Below are positions 49,732 to 64,000 of a stretch of DNA of 64,000 nt, piece by piece. Made by a program: the position numbers and the translations under genes. The stretch comes from Ascidiella aspersa. Lineage: Eukaryota. Under the pieces are notes generated by a model, which was not told the origin of the DNA, made no database searches, and saw nothing but the letters and a program-made list of their open reading frames with translations. Every line of letters starts with the position of its first letter. Position 1 is the first letter of the stretch. The DNA is taken from the NCBI GenBank assembly GCA_963924565.1, contig OZ004608.1, positions 29,450,001 to 29,514,000 of the forward strand, read 5' to 3'.

Positions 49732-52700
49732 CTAGATACTGTTCAGATGCGCAGGGCAGATCGTTGCCGAAATAATCGCATCATATATATGTACGTATAA
49801 AGTTCATAAAACATCTCCTGACAAATACAGTGGGAGTCACCTCACCCCTAAATATTTCAGCCCTCATTGGCCGCATAGCATGAATACATCTAATTATCCC
49901 TACCAGATGATTGGTAAGATGGTATTCGGGAACCGCTTTGTCATTAGTGCGGTTGAAAACGAATAAATCCAAAGTCCACGAGACAAATGTTATGAAACCG
50001 TCATTACGTTACCCGCAAGGCACGAAAGGGCACAATTGTGGTCGACATGATAATTTCTCTCACGTTTTAATCTACAAATTGCTAAACGAATTCCCATCGA
50101 TCACGTAAAGTAGGCCTATGTTATTCTTAAACTATGTGGCTACATAAAAAAATCTTTTTTTACAGTAAGGTCATTTGCAGAATTATTTCATGGCTTTACG
50201 TTAAAAGGTTAAATATGTTTGTACTGCTAGTTGTCCATTATGAAATTCAATTTCAATTTTTTTTTAATTTAAAACTTAACGTTGTTTGAAACGTGTTCGC
50301 GACCAGTGCAAATAACAGCTGCCTACATTCCCTGCCTTTATGGCCTAATCTGTAACGTGACGTATGGCAAAAGAGCGGCGCATTCACGTACCCCCAAAAT
50401 AACGACGACAAGTCGCTATTTGGGACGCGTACATCACGCAACCCGTCCATAAATACAGGCGCCGCTTTCAATTACGCCACGAGAGGTATATCATTAACTT
50501 TCAGCGTGAAACCTCGTTGAAGGGTAAGGCGACATGAATACGACGCAAACACCGGCGACCTATAAGGAAATTTCGTGACGTTAAGAAATAATCTATTACC
50601 GGTCGGAATTATTGCCTCGCGTTAACTTAGCGCGTTTTTTCAGGATTGTGTTCGCGCATACAGTAAAGGGGATCGGAGCCTATACCAGAACCCAAGTGGT
50701 AATATCGTTACTTGTCTGCAAGGGGCTGCGCGGATCACCTAAAATGCTGCACCTAAGATGCTGCGCGGATCACCTAAAATATGTTTCTTAACCTTGTTTC
50801 GAAGCCATCAACTGACTGAACGAAGTATAACAGCTAGCCTTTGGTGACCCAATTCTCTTCCTTGAACTATTTTTTAAGCTCAAAGTGAACAAAACACAAA
50901 TAAGACAAAGCATTATTAATTCAAATATAATAGTTATGATCCATCGTACTGGTTCGGCAATTTTCTCAAGTAATGGAAAACTTTTTCGCAGAACCAATCT
51001 CAAACTAATCCTATAAAACTACTACAGTCGGAAACACAAACAAATCCATTAGCGACCACGTTTTGGGTCGTGACCCTTAATTTGAGAAATTTGGAAAAAC
51101 TTGGTCAGCAAAGTCGAAGTTGGAAGTTATTATTTTGCAGGATTTTTCCGCCTGTCCATTCAGTAGGGGGTTAACCAGGTGCAAAGTTTAAATAAAACGT
51201 TCAACGGGTGAGTTTATCAAAAATTCTAATGATATAACTCATCAGTTCATAATTTGAAAAGATTCTGCGCGAACCACATAAAACCTCCTCACGGCCTCTA
51301 GTTTAAAACGCATTGACCTAACGCGCAAAGCCGAAGTTGGACGTGGTTATTTTCCAGCTTTATGTGCAGGATGGACAGGCGAGGTCAAACAGGTCCAAAG
51401 TGAAATAACCGCGCCTGGGAACAATCGACGTGCGAGTATATTAAGGGCGCAATTCGAGGAAAAGTCGTCGGGCATACACGGGAGCGGCAGGCTGCGCTGA
51501 GGTGGCGTGAACTCGGAGCAATCGCGGTTCACCCTTGCGGTTGCCCGCCTGTCACGAGTGCTGTTGTTCTTATGCGGTTTGGCATCACAACATATGGCAG
51601 CTCCTCCCCATATTACGTCATATATTCCTGTCCGACATCACACGCCTTCGAAAAGATCACTCTAGCACAGACCTGGGCCAAATGCAATCTACTCCGGCCC
51701 GCGGATCATTTTCTTTTAAGCTTTTAAGTAAAAATAGCCCTTTACGTTTTTATTGAAATTTTATGTTGTAGAATAAATAACACTTGCAAGTCAACCTAAC
51801 TTTTCTCTTTACTCATCAGTTTGTAAAACCAATGCTATCCCCAGTTTTTTTGAAAGATCACACTTCATATCATGTGTATTTCAGATCCCATTTTTGATCC
51901 GGCCCGCCAAGAAATCATGAAACATTTTGGTGACCTATCTTTTGTGGCCGCTAATAAACTGTAGTGTTCTTTTTACGTAATTTCCTTGCCAACAGGTAGA
52001 GAAGCATTTTCTGTTTAATGTATTTAGTAAATGGTTAACTAATAACTAACAACACTTGCTTACGGCAACCAAATAACCACCATCTATTTGCCCTGATGGT
52101 AACTTTTGCCGGCCACAGGCCGTATTTTAAGTTATTTTGTGTCTCCAAATCTAAATTCTAGTCATATTCTATGGATGCTCTAGGTTGGCATGTTTTGAAA
52201 TTATTTCCAGTAGCAATTAAGTATATAGAGAGAACACAGAATTATTCATCTATAATACATTGATTTGGAATTACTGTAATACCGCTTAGATATACACAAA
52301 ACGGCTATGCGGTTTATGGCCCCTTCAAACGGTTGAAAAAATTATATTTATTATATTTATCTCAGTCCATGCGTTGACATCATCACAAGTCCTAGATTTT
52401 ATATTAAATGAACAAGACAAACCCGTGTTATCCTTAACGCATGGCTTAATTTATTTTGTAAACGAGGTTAATTTCTTTGTAATCACTGTGGGTCATATGA
52501 GGCATCAACAAACTTGGATTGATGCCAAGTGCAGAGCAATGGAAACATTGTTTATTGCAAGTGTAACGACGCGCCCTACACCTACTATAGTGCTTTGCAG
52601 TCGGCGGTTTTGGTTTTTCTGGTTGAGAACGGGTGCACTGCATTTAGTGGGTTCACGACAGGGGTGTAGTCGTGCTTTTGTATCTGTGCGGTGTAAGGGG

Positions 52701-52870
52701 TCATTTCAAGGTGCAAACCCCACTTTCGCTCGGTGTATCATTTTTAAAGTCTTCAACACAAGCGTTGTCGTTTTTTCGTTAACAGTCGAATGCAACAATG
52801 AGCTATTTATTGGGCAAAAACGTGATGCGTGAAATATTCTGTGTCGCAACACAAAACGCTTAGATCTTCA

Positions 52871-53088
52871 AACAGTTCGATTTAATGATGATGGAAGCCT
52901 GAACATGGCAAACAGTAATAATAGTCATGACAACTGGCCAAGAATTTTACCAAGCGGTCTCAAAGGATAAAATAAAAACAAATGTAACAGTTCGATTTGA
53001 TGATGATGTAAGCCTGAACAGAACAAACATAAATAATAATCAAGACAACTGGCCAAGAATTTACCTAATCATCTCAACAGATAAAAAA
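52871..53088. repeat. ~115-bp tandem duplication
   Basis: AACAGTTCGATTT.ATGATGATG.AAGCCTGAACA...GACAACTGGCCAAGAATTT at 52871 and 52986. Confidence 0.8.
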
Positions 53089-54370
53089 CGAGCTTCATAT
53101 CAATACACAGAAACAAATGGTTAAAAAGGAGCCCAAAGTACAACAGCACATCAATGCCCTCGTAAAACGACCGCTTGTGCTGCGTGAAGCACTTTGGAGT
53201 AATTCGGGATTTGGGCCAGACGCGGGCCAGGCCGCCCTGTCAACATCAAAGCGACCGATGGCGGGCAAAATAAACGGGCAACTCGAGTCCATCCAATTTC
53301 CCGAGCTGGACGCGACAAAGTTAGTAATATATTCTCAAAGTTTTACACACAAAATAGGAAATTGGTTTTGCGATGGAGTTCGTTTAATTCGTTTCCGCGA
53401 CCTCCTTTAATTTCTTTCTCACGAAGATTCAGATTTGTGCGGACTAAAAAAGAGAAGCCGTTTTCCCCTTACTGAAACGCTATAATATACAATAATCGAC
53501 ACAGTAATGTCCCCTAACGTCACAATAAATTTTATATTGGTCATTATTAATTTACCTAAAAATATAAAGAGTATAAAAATAGTGATGACAAAAACAGTAA
53601 TGCCCCTTAGCAAGTTAATAAAAAAAATACTAATGCCCCTTTTCTTAACAGTTTAAGCATATCTAGTTACATTTTATACAAAAGCTCAAATTCAAATAGT
53701 ATATGAATACATTTTTAACATCGAAGAGTTTTACGTAATGACATCAGAAACAATAAAGTGACGTAATGAGAAGAGGAAAAGCGGCGGCAGTACGATCCAG
53801 ACCACCGTACAGTCCTAATCGAATCAGGCGACGCATTATCGACAAATCCAGGCCGCAAATAGCGATTTACCTCATCGTAACTGTACAACATATACGCCTC
53901 ACCTTTCGCAGTATTTACTTCTAGTATAGCCGCGCAGCAGAGTGACCCAAATCCGTCACGGTACGCGCCCGGCCAAATTGCTGACCAGCGAAAACAAGCG
54001 CGCCGACTCGAATCACAACATTAAGAGGAGCAGACTGATCCCACGGACGCCGGGGCCGCGTTGGTCATCCAAGTGGCAACACCATGTCCCAATATTTGCG
54101 CGCAAATCACCAACGCGCCTCACGCCATTGCTGTTTGGATGAAGCGGCTCTAAAGCGCTTACGCTTGGTCCGTCCTCATTGGCACCTGGCAGTGCTTCAG
54201 GCGAAGTGCGAAAACACTCGATGTTGGGGCGTGTCGGATTTAACCCCGCGTGATTTGTTCTCACCCTTGGGCTCACCCCCCTCCCCCCCAAAACTTCAAC
54301 AGGGGTGCGAAAACGGGCAGGCTTGCCTGGTGCGGATTATAAGCTGCGTGACAACATGCTCTATCTATAG

Positions 54371-54691
54371 CAGGGGTTCTTAATCAGGGGTACATGTATA
54401 CCTTTTGTCTTAGGAAGCACCAAAGCTGGGGGTACGACATGCAGTATGAAATTATGCGCTTTTTAGGCATAGTTGTGAAAAGTCCGTATTTAAGAAAAGC
54501 AACAATAAAATCCATTAGTTAATTGACTGATTGTCTGTTTTGTTGTAAATATTGTTGAACTTACAAGACTGTTGCATTCAACACGTAAGTTATAAATATA
54601 CTGGGTATTTATTTAATTCCTATTATTACAACTTTATTTACGTCCGTCAACCATTGTAGAGTACGAGCGCTAAAAAAGGTAAGAAATACTG
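54371..54691. mobile_element. hAT (Buster/Charlie-like) MITE
   Basis: CAGGGGTTCTTAA...TAAGAAATACTG; TSD ATCTATAG/ATCTACAG. Confidence 0.7.
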
Positions 54692-57600
54692 ATCTACAGA
54701 GATAGTAGGGCCCGCTCTGTATTAAGGTGCAAGATAAGACGTCGCGTTACGTCACATGTGTTGTCGGGCAGTTTTTATCCGGGGATGCAAATTAATATAA
54801 AGCCTTCCGAGCAAATAAGTGAATATGTTATTTTATCGTTTGTGTGTACGTTACTGTTTTTTTATTTTATCATTTGTTCACGTGTTGTTCTTTTTACTTT
54901 TTCTTCACTCACGTAAATTATATCGCTTTTCCATTATAGAACCTCATCTTTCCCGCTTTATTTTTTATCTTATCATTTTTTCCGTTGGCACCTAATATTA
55001 GTTAAATTTGGACCATTTTCGGGTTACCGAAAACCAATGATGGCAGTCAGTCGGATTTTGGGAGAGCTTGTGTAACATTTGGAGACTTTCGCAGCTTACG
55101 TTTCTGCCTCTATTTTAGACGTTGGCCGATTTTTATTGTTTTACTTACAGTTCGCTTATATTAATACGGTTTAAAGACACTTCGCGTCGCCCGAAACAAC
55201 AATATATGTCGGGATATGGATCGCTCACTGCTTGCAGTATCGGGTAAGTTGTAATCACGCCTTAGTTGTAAAGCAAGAGATTGTAAACAGGTTCGTACAG
55301 CATTGGTGGTTTAGATAACAATGCAGTACTATACTAAAGAAACAGGACTAGTAATCGTTACGCAAATTAAAAAAATGATTTATAGGTTTTGCTCGTTTTT
55401 AAAGCTATGAATTGATTTCTTCTAAATTAAACGGCTTTGATTTTAGGCGAAATGGAAAAACTTGCTGCATTTCGGCCTAGGTGAGTTGAGGGTTCACGCC
55501 CCGGTAGGTACACCGCATCAGCGACCTTAGAAATGGCAACAAAACTAAACAGGCGTTGCGCAAATGGGCATGGGGCGGAAAGGGCTAAACAAAGCCACAT
55601 CACAGAAGCGCCCCTAAAGCGACCCCGTCTATCGGCGCGACCCTAAAGGAGGCGCAGCATCCCCGTATTAAGGCGGGGTGTATCAAGTTGCGACCCGGGT
55701 AGTGTATCGCTTTCTCCGTTACAACATCGAAATCAAAAGAGTTAAAATGTTAAAATCATACGTGTTGGAGGAAGTGTACGAGGGTGATTTGCTAAATGTG
55801 GCCTGCCCGTGTATTTGGGTGTTTTGAATACCTTTGTAAATGGCCGTAATTGTCTAATTCTAAATAGGATAATCAGGTGCCACTATATACAGACAAATTG
55901 TATTTGTAGCTTCACACAACCATGCTTTTTTAGGTCAAAGTAGAAATAAAAGCAATTAAAATGCACAAAGCTTGTCGAGAAAACAATACAGTTTGTCTTT
56001 ATATAGTGCAACCTGATTACCCCATTTAATTGTGGTCGTCTATCGAACGTTGTATTACGAAAAAACAGAAGCGTTAAGTCGCCGCCCCCATATTGGAGAT
56101 GCAATCAATTCAAGTTTGCAGTATATTGTCAAGATTTTACCATTTTTTTAAAAACCATTGCACGGATTCAATTCCTAGAGTTTGAATTTTACCAAACTGC
56201 AGAAGCTTTCGTATAGACACGTTGCTGTTGGAATTCTAGTGGATAACAATCCCAACCCATTTTTGTCAATATGACCTTTAGCAAAAATTATAGAGGGCGT
56301 ATTTTTCAATTAGGATCTCCGCAACTTTATGTGTAAGCAACACACCAGTGGTAATCGTTGTCAAAATATAACAGGGCGTGGTAATTTCAATTTAATGGTT
56401 CTTTTCAAAAGGCAAAAATAAAAATCGTAAATATTTTGCTTCAGCAAGGAAACTCATTACGAAGCCGCCGATCCGTTATATTGCAGCTGAACGGGTGTTT
56501 ACACCGCGCCAGTGTACTCATCAATAAAAGTTTACAAACAGGGCAAAGCGACGCATAGGCGTTTCGGGTCAAAGCGCGGTCAGTCGCGAATAGAAACGCC
56601 AAGGCAATTTGGCGCCGCCTTGTTAATGTAACCCACCTGTCGCCGCGCGAAGACGGAAGACGCAATTCTCATCGCTCGCGCAGCAAATTACCAAGCGGAC
56701 ATCGTTCGCGTTTTGATAGGCGAAGAGAATGGGTGAGACGGGTTCGGCCCTTTTGGGTCGAAAGTCCGTTTCTCCCAACCGCCGCATGATTTTTCGCTGA
56801 AAATCGCCGCATTCGAGCAGACTGCTGTATAAGTTTCGACAAACAACGTCCCAACAATGGCAAACAAATACCATCGTCGTTCGTGCGGCTTTAAATTTGT
56901 CCGGACTAAGATGCTTTTGGTTTGGGACTTAAGGTTACAAGTTCACACGTTTACGGTAAGCGTTGCGTCTCCCTTCACCGAAAACATACTGCGAAATGTC
57001 CTGGTGTCTATGTTTTTAAACTATGCGTGTTTGTATTTCGTGTGTGGACCACGACGAAGACATGCAGAGTTGTGTGGGTCGACCGTGTAACCTTAGACAT
57101 TTTTTGTTGTTGGAATTTAGCGATGACCGATAATATCAGATCGGACGTGATTCCAAGTAAAGGAATCGAAACCCGTTCGATACTCGGGTTGTATCGGTGC
57201 CAAATCCTATACAAAGTAATTTGTGCAATATAGCCATGACATGCCAACGAACGTAGAGTTTTCTAGTTTGAAAAGTATTTTATGAGAACATATTAGAGTA
57301 TCATTTGAAAAAAAAAAGTTTTCCTTACACAAAGAGCAAATGCTAGCCTGTAATGTTTGAAATCAAAACTCATGTTGGCTAGTTTTACCGTTTTTGTTAT
57401 CAGCGAAATCAGGTTAGAAAAACAAGGTTCAGCGAAAAAAAAAACTTACCTTTCGTGGACAACACATGAACACAGTATATAGCTTAACATTAAGGGTATA
57501 AGAGCACATGATATTGCTATTTATTTAGAAGGCGTATTGTTGTGGCTATTGTCTGAATTGATAAAAGGAAAATAGTACAAATAAAAATAAAAAGCGAAAT

Positions 57601-59264
57601 GGGAGAAAATCAACTCGCCTTTTCGCCCGAGAAACGTCACGTTTCAACATTTTGTTTTCCCTGAACAAATACTTGTATAATTCAGGCGGGCGACGCTAAA
57701 CGCCGAAAGCGCAAACCTTTGCTTGAAATCAACCCCGGCACGAAGCGAGCCGAACTAAGAGACGCGCATGGTATCAGTCAGCTCTTGGAAAGCGGATCTC
57801 AACTTTTCAACGCCCCACGGCTTTATGGCTCTTCTAAGCGGTTTAGAGCTGTCAAGTTTACTTTTCCGTTTGAAGTGAACGGGATGCGTCGGCCGGGCGT
57901 CGAACACGTTTAACGGCTGCAGGGCGGGAATGCCACACAGCGTGGCTCGATGCTACTCATACATGACCGTACAACACTATACAGGAGAAATCGCCGGGCC
58001 AGCTGAAAAGGGATGTTGCCATCAAACGAGGTGTTGGCTGATTTAGCCGGTTTTAAACGCTTTATCGCGTTTTTTTTACGCTGAGTCTATGTGCCACCCA
58101 GGGTAAGTTGCATTAAATTTAGAGTAGCAGATAAAAACTACGCATTTTTACGACCTACTCATCGTTTTTTTTTTCAGTTAAGTGACAGATAAGCAAGTTC
58201 AGACAAACAGTTTTCGCCCGCAAATATGCAAACTAATTTTTCTGGCGATTACGTGTACTGGCAGTTGCTAATCTGAAACGTTAAGAGAGGCGCGGCACAT
58301 TCCAAAGTTGCCATATGCACACTGTAAACGCACCGAATCAACAAATCGAAAAGGTAACTCAATTTTCACCCAGGTGCCCCACTACAGCCCCAAGGCCTCG
58401 GCCACATCAAGTCCTTTCAAAAACAACAAAAATGATGCAGTACCGTAATAAAAAGCTTGCGTTACAAATATGCGGCGCATGCTTCAACGGCCTGTGTTTA
58501 CAAAGATTACATAGGAGGAAAATTGGCGCAGTTCACAAGGCATATTAAAGAGCTCCCAGCTCCTTTATAACGTTGCTGTTGTGCCTTTTCCAATCACTTT
58601 GTTAGTTTTCAAGGAGGACTGGTCATGCTAGTTGACCAAACGCTGTAGAAAACAAAGGCCTGGCGATATTTGAAGTGACTACGTAAACATATACTTGTCA
58701 ACTTGATAAAGAATAGGTGTTTTTATAAACCTGTTTTTTTAAATCCCTAAAAGGTTCGCTAGGACCGGGTAGGTATGATATTCGTTAGTAATGACGTCAT
58801 AAAATAAGAATAGACTTAAGAAACCTGCTGTTTCCGGTTAAATATAAAACTAAAATTGAGTATGAACTTATTCGAGGAAAGGCTAATCGCTTTCTTCACT
58901 ATAAATTGTAAACACTAAGATTTCACTTTGTGCCTTTATGGACCCCAAAACTATGCCACGCACCACCAAGTGGTCCACAGTCTAAAACCGCCTGTTTCAA
59001 GTAAAAAGTAACATAAAAAGGTTCAATACAGGCGGCGCCTGGCCACTTTCGAAACGACCATGTAAAAAGCGCCCGAATGCGGTTCGACTTCATGCCTAAT
59101 TCGATTCGACGGCCCGGGCTTTTGAAGTGTCTCCGTGTAAGCGCGTGTGCGGGCCTGCTGGCGCTTTAATGTCCCGCGATCGCTTTCCAGGATCAGATGT
59201 ATCGCTTTCGCGTTTTAAGCCGTTAAGCGGGGCACGGGCGGACGAGTCAAAACAAAGGAAGATC

Positions 59265-59320
59265 TATGTGTGAGTGTATGTGTGTGTGCGTGTGTATGTG
59301 TGCTTGTTTGTGTGTGTTTG
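59265..59320. repeat. Imperfect (TG)n microsatellite
   Basis: tgtgtgagtgtatgtgtgtgtgcgtgtgtatgtgtg... Confidence 0.8.
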
Positions 59321-62300
59321 CGAGAGCAGAGGTATCGGAAAATGATCAAAGGGCGGGAGGCGACGTGTTTCGGAACCGTCGTCACCCTTACCGTGAGCAA
59401 ACTGACAGGGCTGCAGAGTGAGACAATTTTAAACCTGTGAAACAACAAACCCGTCCTATACAAACGTTGCACTGAATATGTGAAAACGAAAATCACCCTT
59501 GCATGATAAGATACACTCGAATTAAGATATACTGACGATGCCTTTGCTGCCGAAATATATATATATATATAGCTTTTGACATCTATAAAAAGTGTCTGAC
59601 CTAAATTACTAGCTTTGTTAGAGTTTTCTGCTATTACTGTCCTATATAAACAAGTGATTTTATACAAGAACGTTTTTTTTTTGTTTAGGTCATTAGTTTT
59701 CGATTCTCCGGAAACTGAATAAAAATATTCATTCGTTTCCGCCTGATCAATACAATTAATTGTAGATGAGATGACAATTTTCTTTACTTGGGCAGAAAAT
59801 AACTGGTGGACGCAAAAATTCAAGTCAAATTAGATCAATATAATAAATGCATTATCCCCCAGCGGCTCTTAAAGGTTGCTTACGATATGAAGATGGTAAA
59901 AAAGAAAAAAAACTAAAATTAAGCCAATGGCAAATACAAATATAAAACGGGCATAACCAGGAGACGCATTTCTATAAAAAAAACTTTTCAAAAAATATAG
60001 GTTTTCAAAACAACTGAAACTGCACAACTCAGCGTAATTTGAGAATATAATTAAAAAACAACAGTATAAATGCCACAGTCAACACAATAACAAATGGTGG
60101 ATTGATGTATTACATCACTTTCCAAAGTTTCTAAACACATAACTTAAACTGCAGAAAAAATATATTCAAATAGTATTCAAGGACATTGAAAGAGTCAAAA
60201 ACGTTGTGGCCACCCTGTGGTCAACTGTTTGTTCGGGTTAGGGGCCTTGCATCATACGTGGTGGTGACTGACATGACTTCAAAATTTCGCCGGAACAGTA
60301 AACGTGAACTATATGCGGGGTTTGGGCGACCGAGTGACGCCGAAAGTCGCAGTAAAATCGTGATTTTCTTAAAAGAACGTGCGTCGTAAAAGTGCCGCGG
60401 TCGTTTTTAACGAAGGAGAAAGCCCCGTGCCAATACACGCAAAAGCCGCTGGCATAATTTGGAAGCCTTTTCTGGTTGAAGTGACAAGTTTTTTAAGATT
60501 GGTTACCCTTGCTCGTGACTAGAATTATACGCCTACATATGAATCAAAAATCGCAAACGCCGTTTCGGAATAGACATGCTCTATTTCGTTTTAAATTGTG
60601 ACTTCCTTCAATAATTTACACCCCACTGAACAACATATGGGGGGAATTCGATCCAAAACACACATCAGTCATCGCGGTCATAAACTAAGGGCCAAATTGA
60701 CGTACACGTCTTGAATCGCTTCTTTTGTGTTTTCAGTCATACGTCGCGAAAGGGAAGTCTTAAAACGCCGTACATCAAGGTTGCGTTTTATTTTATTTCG
60801 CTGACAACGGAATTCGTTCAGATTTTTAGATCCGGCCAGGTCAGTCCATATTTTATAGGCGACCAGTTTTTATGGCTATTTTCTACGCAATATTTCCTGT
60901 TGCCTGAGCCTTATCATTACTGTTTAAATAAACAGCCATACATCAAAAGTAGGGATGTCTTGAAATTGTCAGATCAGAGCCGATACAAGAAACAAGGTGG
61001 TATTGTCGGTATTTGTCCGACACCAAATTTATATGTGAATGTCAGCCATGTGTTGCATTCAAATGCAATGTTTTCTAACAGAAAAATAATTTTTGAGAGA
61101 ATCTTTAAAAAACAACTAAAAGTACAACTTAACCTGAAAACTCAAAGCAAATTATGGTTTATTCCCATATTATTTTCCGTGATTCTTTTTTAACTATTTC
61201 TCAGCCGTAAATGTTGCCAAAGTATAGCGTGTGTCGGCATAAAATCCGAATTAGTGGCTTATATTTTTTAGACTGGTCATTTCGCTTACAAGCAACCCCG
61301 AATGGACTTTTTAACGCACTGCAATATCTATAATGGAGATATGCTGTATCGTGCGCGTGCGAAAATAAACAGTGACGGCGCAGAGCGACTAAAATCAACA
61401 CACTCGCGCCGTATCCACTCGAATCAGTTTCCGTTGATAAATCGAAACAAGTTTTAAGCGTAAGATATACGCTTATTGGCCGTGCAATCTAACTAATGCT
61501 CACGGCGCTTGTACTAAGCCTATACCGTCACGGCTTTTATATCTGAGTAGTTTCCCCACATAGACCTTGACTATAAGTGCGCGTATAGCGTGACAAAGCA
61601 ATTTCGCAAAATCATTCTAAACGGTTTCGTTTTACCGTTAATGCAAAAACCTAATTGCCTTTTAGTTTGACTTCCCATAATTTCTATAGCCTGTATTTTA
61701 TTTTTTCGCGACCGCTTGTCAGTGATATCCAAAATATTTCTTGTTGTCTGCTTCAGCGTCCAATTGGTGTAGTAATGTGAACCTCAGCTCGGGATTTTGT
61801 ATTGTAATAGTTTTATCATCTACAATTTTGCGACTTAGAAAAAGTACATTGTACATATGTTGCACCTAACGTGTAATTGATCTAGCCCTATACACTCACA
61901 ATCTCTAAAACAAAAAAAACCTGCCGGGATCACGCACAGTTTTAACAGTTTTAAAAGTCCTGTTAAAAATAGTTATTGTCGTGGTTGCAATTAAATTAAA
62001 AAAGAAATAAAATATCGGTAAAAATAATTATTGTTGTAAAAGGATATGAGGCCCTAGTCTGTGTCAGGTAGTCACACATTGTAATGAATCCTTTATATTG
62101 GTTGAATTTGGGTATAAAACTTTTATAATAAAGCCTATACATTTTACACAGACGCCATACCAAGGAACATAATGCCGTTCGGTATTTTTCCACCGAAAAG
62201 CAACTCGACACCGAATGTTGCACACTGTTCGACGCGCCGATTGTAACAGAACACTCGCCGTGACGTAGCGTGACGTCAAATGCCAAAAGTGGTTCGGATA

Positions 62301-64000
62301 AAAGAAGCAACTTTAACACATACCAATGGTACGCGGCAATAGTAGGTGGACAATGGAAAAATGTGTAACGTCACAATATGTGTCGTGCGGAATGGGGCCG
62401 GGAGAGACCTGGGGTGGAAATTATCGCTACCATAAATATTCGCCTGCTGCCGAGGCGACATTCCAACGAGCTTTCGGGGCACGACTCAACCCAAGAAAAA
62501 AAAAGATAATAATTTAGCACATGTTTTTTTAGAATACGACCTTTAGCCTTTTAAACTAATAAATTAAACAATTACGTTCGCGCAAAAAAAATGAAAAAAC
62601 ATTACGCGACTAATAAACTGTACAAAATTAGGTCGTTTGCAAAAAACGCCAACGTAAAATTACAGCGGAAGCCCAGTTACTCAGCTCCCTTAAAATGCAC
62701 AACTAAAGTATCTCCACCTTATGTTTTCCCAAAATTATTGACGATTTTTCTAAACTGACAAAAAAGATCAGGCTATAGCCTTTAAACACTCGCTACAAAG
62801 TAACTCATAAAAAAAGTTCAGTCGCCTTCAAGAACTCCACAAACACATTACATGGTCGAAACCACAAAAACTTTCCTTGGTACCTTAGAGCCATTAAAGT
62901 CATCGAGAAAATGATCGATAGGCAGAGTATGTTCTCCACGGTTGGCAGGTTATAAGGGTGCAAAGAAAATAGAATTCTCTCAAAATCGAAAACACGCCAG
63001 TTGACTTTTTATCATTGTTAAAGTCTGCAGACACACGCGTGTCAGAATAAGCGGGTTGGTCATAAAAAAAATGTGGCTAATCACCAAGTTTTGGCAGAGG
63101 GTGAAACGTTTATTCAGTCCGGTCTCACTGCGTTGAAATATGTTTTAATTATGAAAACGCAACATGCCGTGAATCCACACAAACTTGTTTTTTGTTGTGT
63201 TATTCAGCTCGTGGACATTACTGTATTTTGTTATTTCTGTTAATGAACTATTTTTAATAAATTGGATGTTCTTTCAGCAGTACAAAAGTCGGATCCGAAC
63301 TGCGGTCTGCCAATAGCGTTAGGTGGCCCGGAATGAGTAGTGGCAAATTTCAAAGGAACCATGATAAAAAAGAGGGCCAGCAACTATTGGACTGGCCTTC
63401 AAAACTGGCCAGGTATAAAGGTTGGCGGCGGCGGCGACAGCGGGAGAAACCAGTCTAAATTACACCGTAATAAGCGGTTTACCCCAGCGAACGCAGCGGC
63501 TTTGCGTGACATTCGCCAACGATGCTCCCTAGCCTTGACACGAACAGGTGACATCTTATATTGGACGCATTTATATATATATATAGCTAGATGGATAAAT
63601 AAGTGTACCAATTGGCGGAATAAAGGCCGCGACACAATGTCCCTTATGACGTCACGTCATGTCGTGCGGGCGCGATTCGCCGCTTCTCGTGTTCAACGTC
63701 ATCAAAGGACCTTCGCGCGCGCTTGGAATTGATACCTGCTGGACACTGCCGGGTCAGGTGTCTGTTGTGGGGCCGACCGGGGTGAATTCGGGGGCTCTTG
63801 GCGCGAAAGCAAACCGGCCCCGCACGCGACCCCGTGGGAAAGGTGCACCAGTTTTACACGGGCGTAACGAGTGTTGTGTTTTAACGGAAATTGTAGCAAT
63901 TTTCTGGTTAACGACGTCTTTATGGAGAAGCAATTGAACGCAAATGTATTTGATAATTTCTCCTATATGTATGTGCAATATGTATGTCCAATATATATGT

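Noticed and set aside
55444-55520. tRNA-derived SINE head (AGGCGAAATGG ... GGGTTCACGCCCC)
   Set aside because: A/B-box resemblance is weak, there is no cloverleaf, and no second copy in the window.
59530-59560. CTGACGA...GAAA as a hammerhead
   Set aside because: Stem II does not pair and stem I is unsupported; lies beside an AT microsatellite.
39674-59823. Longer ORFs in the upstream region (39674-40204, 45864-46394, 52374-52832, 59215-59823)
   Set aside because: No recognisable domains, mostly non-ATG starts, low-complexity or microsatellite content, and no consistent splice structure.

Overview
AT-rich animal genomic DNA, most likely an ascidian tunicate. This is an inference from the short GT-AG introns, tightly packed housekeeping genes with splice-acceptor-like sites just before the start codons, and mosaic CpG content. 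The first 12 kb is a compact housekeeping cluster: PPIH (5' exons only, -), intronless MCM5 (-), intronless LRRC57 (+), 5-exon NSUN4 (+) and 5-exon DCTN3 (-). MCM5 and LRRC57 are head-to-head around an E2F-motif promoter, and each is followed closely by a same-strand gene, which suggests two divergent SL-trans-spliced operons. A decayed Penelope-like GIY-YIG fragment with a hammerhead ribozyme motif lies at 12.8-13.3 kb. A complete 5-exon Wnt5 gene (-, 15.0-26.3 kb) follows, with a second hammerhead-like core inside a 26-bp inverted repeat in its last intron. About 38 kb of non-coding, CpG-rich sequence lies upstream of Wnt5, containing hAT-type MITEs, minisatellites and enhancer-like motif clusters. 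All calls come from manual reading and remembered family motifs; no searches were run.
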